Assembly (NCBI GenBank): GCA_965113315.1
Contig: OZ220369.1
Length of the DNA stretch: 64,000 nucleotides
Direction: 5' to 3' (one strand)
Origin: Podarcis vaucheri
Taxonomy: Eukaryota
The notes beneath the pieces were generated by a model that was given only the letters and a program-made list of their open reading frames with translations, did not search any database and was not told where the DNA came from. A program made the translations under genes and the position numbers. Shown piece by piece: positions 61,431 through 64,000 of this stretch. The number at the start of each line of letters is the position of its first letter. The first letter of the stretch is position 1.

Positions 61431-64000
61431 TATGCATTTATACTATTTAATATATACTAGTCCCATATTTGAACTGAGGAAAGCCAAGGCACTGCAAGAG
61501 CACAAAATATTTTCCTTTAAGAATTCTGCCCTATGATTCAGTGACTGATCTTGACTTCATAGCTGAGAATTCTTAAGCAGAAGTAACAGTTGTATTTTAA
61601 TGATACAAGTACCTTTTGCCATATGCAGAGTGCTTCTCCTTCAACTGCAGCCTTTCTCCTTCCCAGAAGCAGATCTTATGTGAAAGCCCAAGGAATTTTC
61701 TAGAAATTAAGCACTGATTCCCCGTTCTGTTGCCAGGAAACTCAGCCACAGAACACAGGCATTCTGTTTTCTTCCACATACCAGCTGATTCCTAGCCCCC
61801 CCCCCTTTGCAGCAACTCTTCAAAACAAAGCAGCTTCTTTTTCTCATGACTCTCCCCTCTCTAAACAAGCACTCTGCAATCGACCCGATTTGCACCAAGA
61901 CTTACCAGGCCTCAGCCCATGTACCATGACTTGGGCACTGGCACTGAGTCCTGGAGCATGGGAAGAAAAGTACACCCCAGCATGTGCCAAGTGCCTTTCT
62001 GACACTACTGAGCAACTGCAATCTCTTTCTCTCACACCCCTCATTCAGGAAAAAGTTGAGTGTGGGTCCGCTGTCAAGTGCCTCTGCAACAAACCCACTT
62101 CTGGTTTCCTCACCTTTGCCAGATAACTCCCCTCACTCCAGCAGAATATACCGTAAATAATGCCCTTTTAATTTTTTTAAGTACTTACAGCACAGTAAAA
62201 GAGAAACTTTTCATTGCTCATACAGTATATTGTTGTGCTTTCCTCCCTCTCTCTGTAGTTCAGGCCACTGAGGGAACAGAATGAATATCAATAGCTGGAA
62301 GGAATGGAGGAGAAATTCATTTGGTTCACTAAAATGAGAAACCTTCCTGATTCTAACCTCCTGAAGCAATAAGTGAACCTGAACACAGTTACCCTTCACA
62401 ATCTGCACATCTGAATTTTTTAATGATGCAGTTTTCCTACCATAAAAGTCCACACAAAAGGGCATACATTAGTGAAAGTAACTATAAAACTGTATTTGTA
62501 TTAGGGAAATGTGCTTGCAAAAATGTGCACACTAGGCCAAATTGTGTGCAAAAATGCATCTGTTAGGAGAAACATGCATACAAATTCATAATATTTTCAA
62601 AATGTGGACTTTTAAAATAAAAACTTTCAAATAGATGGTGTAATGGGACAAGCTGACCTTAAGGGTGGAAAAATTAGAAACAGAGAGAAGCTGAAATGGA
62701 CACATCCACCCACCCCTTGGACAGTCTATCTGTTCCACCTAATAAATATCCTTTTCATTTCCTAGGCATAATAGCATTCTATTCCATAATGGTTTTTAAT
62801 TTAAATTGATTCCTTGTGTCTATTCCAGAGAGAACAAGCTACATTTGTGCTGTGCTGCGCTGGTCACAATTTTACTGAGGCGAAAGTCTAGATAAGTTCA
62901 TTTCTTCTAAGCACACTAAGTGAACAGGCACTGCTTGGCAGCTGTAGGGGTAGGGGCAGCCCTGACAGGAATTCTGATGGGGAAAATGTGAGTCCAGAGG
63001 AGCTTGCGAAGTGGCAAATGAGTTCATCAGTGCTGACAGTTGTCACTGCTCGTAACAGAATTGAGAGTAATAATCTCAGACATTTTCCTCATTGCTTGTA
63101 AATACCCGCCCCATAGCCGCCGTGTCAGCTGTGTCGTGGTAGACCAAAACATCTGGAGGGCACCAGGTTGGGGAAGGCTGCCCTAAAGAATTAAGCCAAT
63201 GAAACCAGATGACCAGAGGCTATTACCTCCTTCAGGATAGTGAAGAAAATAGCAGCAGCACAATCTCATTAGCAAGGATTTGTATCTTTCCTTTTAAGCC
63301 CAAAGCAAATTGAGATACAAGGATTCCTTGCTACTTAAGATTTCCTTCACCCTCCACTACCCAGCCATGCAATTGAGACATTGCGTGGAAGCAACTATTA
63401 AAAGTGCTCCAGAGATATCCTCAGGCCTTGTGCTGTGTCCAGAAGCAGTCTGCTTGAATGAGCCTAGGACATTCACAGTGGCAGGAGCACTAGGTGACAC
63501 TTCCGATTCATTCTCTGACAGATGAAGGGATTCATTAACTGAGCTAGAATCATAGCAAACCATCCATTCTGAAAGAGAGCTTAATAATCAGGCTTGGCAT
63601 TGGAGAATGTCTCCAACTGCCCCAAAAGACCACAAAGCGAATGTGACAAAAGCCTCTTATGCCAAAGAAGTTATGTTTCAGCCTAAAACAAGCCATGCTT
63701 AAAGCAAAATAATAATAAATAAAAGCCCTGTTCAGGCATTGGTGCGCTAAATCAGCCAATCTGTAAATTTTGGTCTCACTCAGTTTCTGAATATTCCAAT
63801 TGTAAGTTCAGTTCATATTTTTGCATCATTTTGTCAGAGCTTTAGTGCTCATTTTTAATGAGCTAATGGACACATTTTTGCATGACATCTCTCCTTATAT
63901 AATGCATTTTCCCATTATTTTCACTATGCGTATTTGTATACATTTTTCAGAATTGGGAAATTCAGAGAAGTCTGAAGGGTAACTGCATTTCTGCTTATGT

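Overview
This is eukaryotic (squamate, most likely lacertid lizard) genomic DNA, judged from Sauria-SINE, BovB, Squam3-like SINE and TA-flanked MITE content. The six-frame ORF track is mostly spurious, so I reconstructed genes exon by exon from splice signals and reading phase. There are three genes. (1) A complete 3-exon SS18L2-like gene on the minus strand (2131->5, 79 aa) is absent from the ORF track and lies head-to-head with KATNB1 across a CpG island. (2) KATNB1 (katanin p80) on the plus strand has 19 coding exons (4972-21016, 658 aa), two GC-AG introns and a NAGNAG acceptor. (3) KIFC3 (kinesin-14) on the minus strand converges on KATNB1 and has at least 17 coding exons (38236->24807). 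Its 5' structure is unresolved and extends to a CpG island near 55.7-56.8 kb that carries a perfect RFX X-box. The remainder is intron containing SINEs, LINE fragments, Tc1/mariner and hAT MITEs and microsatellites. I found no evidence of a wholly new biological system. The best leads are the SS18L2-KATNB1 bidirectional pair (non-human synteny), alternative 5'/3' architecture of KIFC3, and several structurally unusual transposon insertions.
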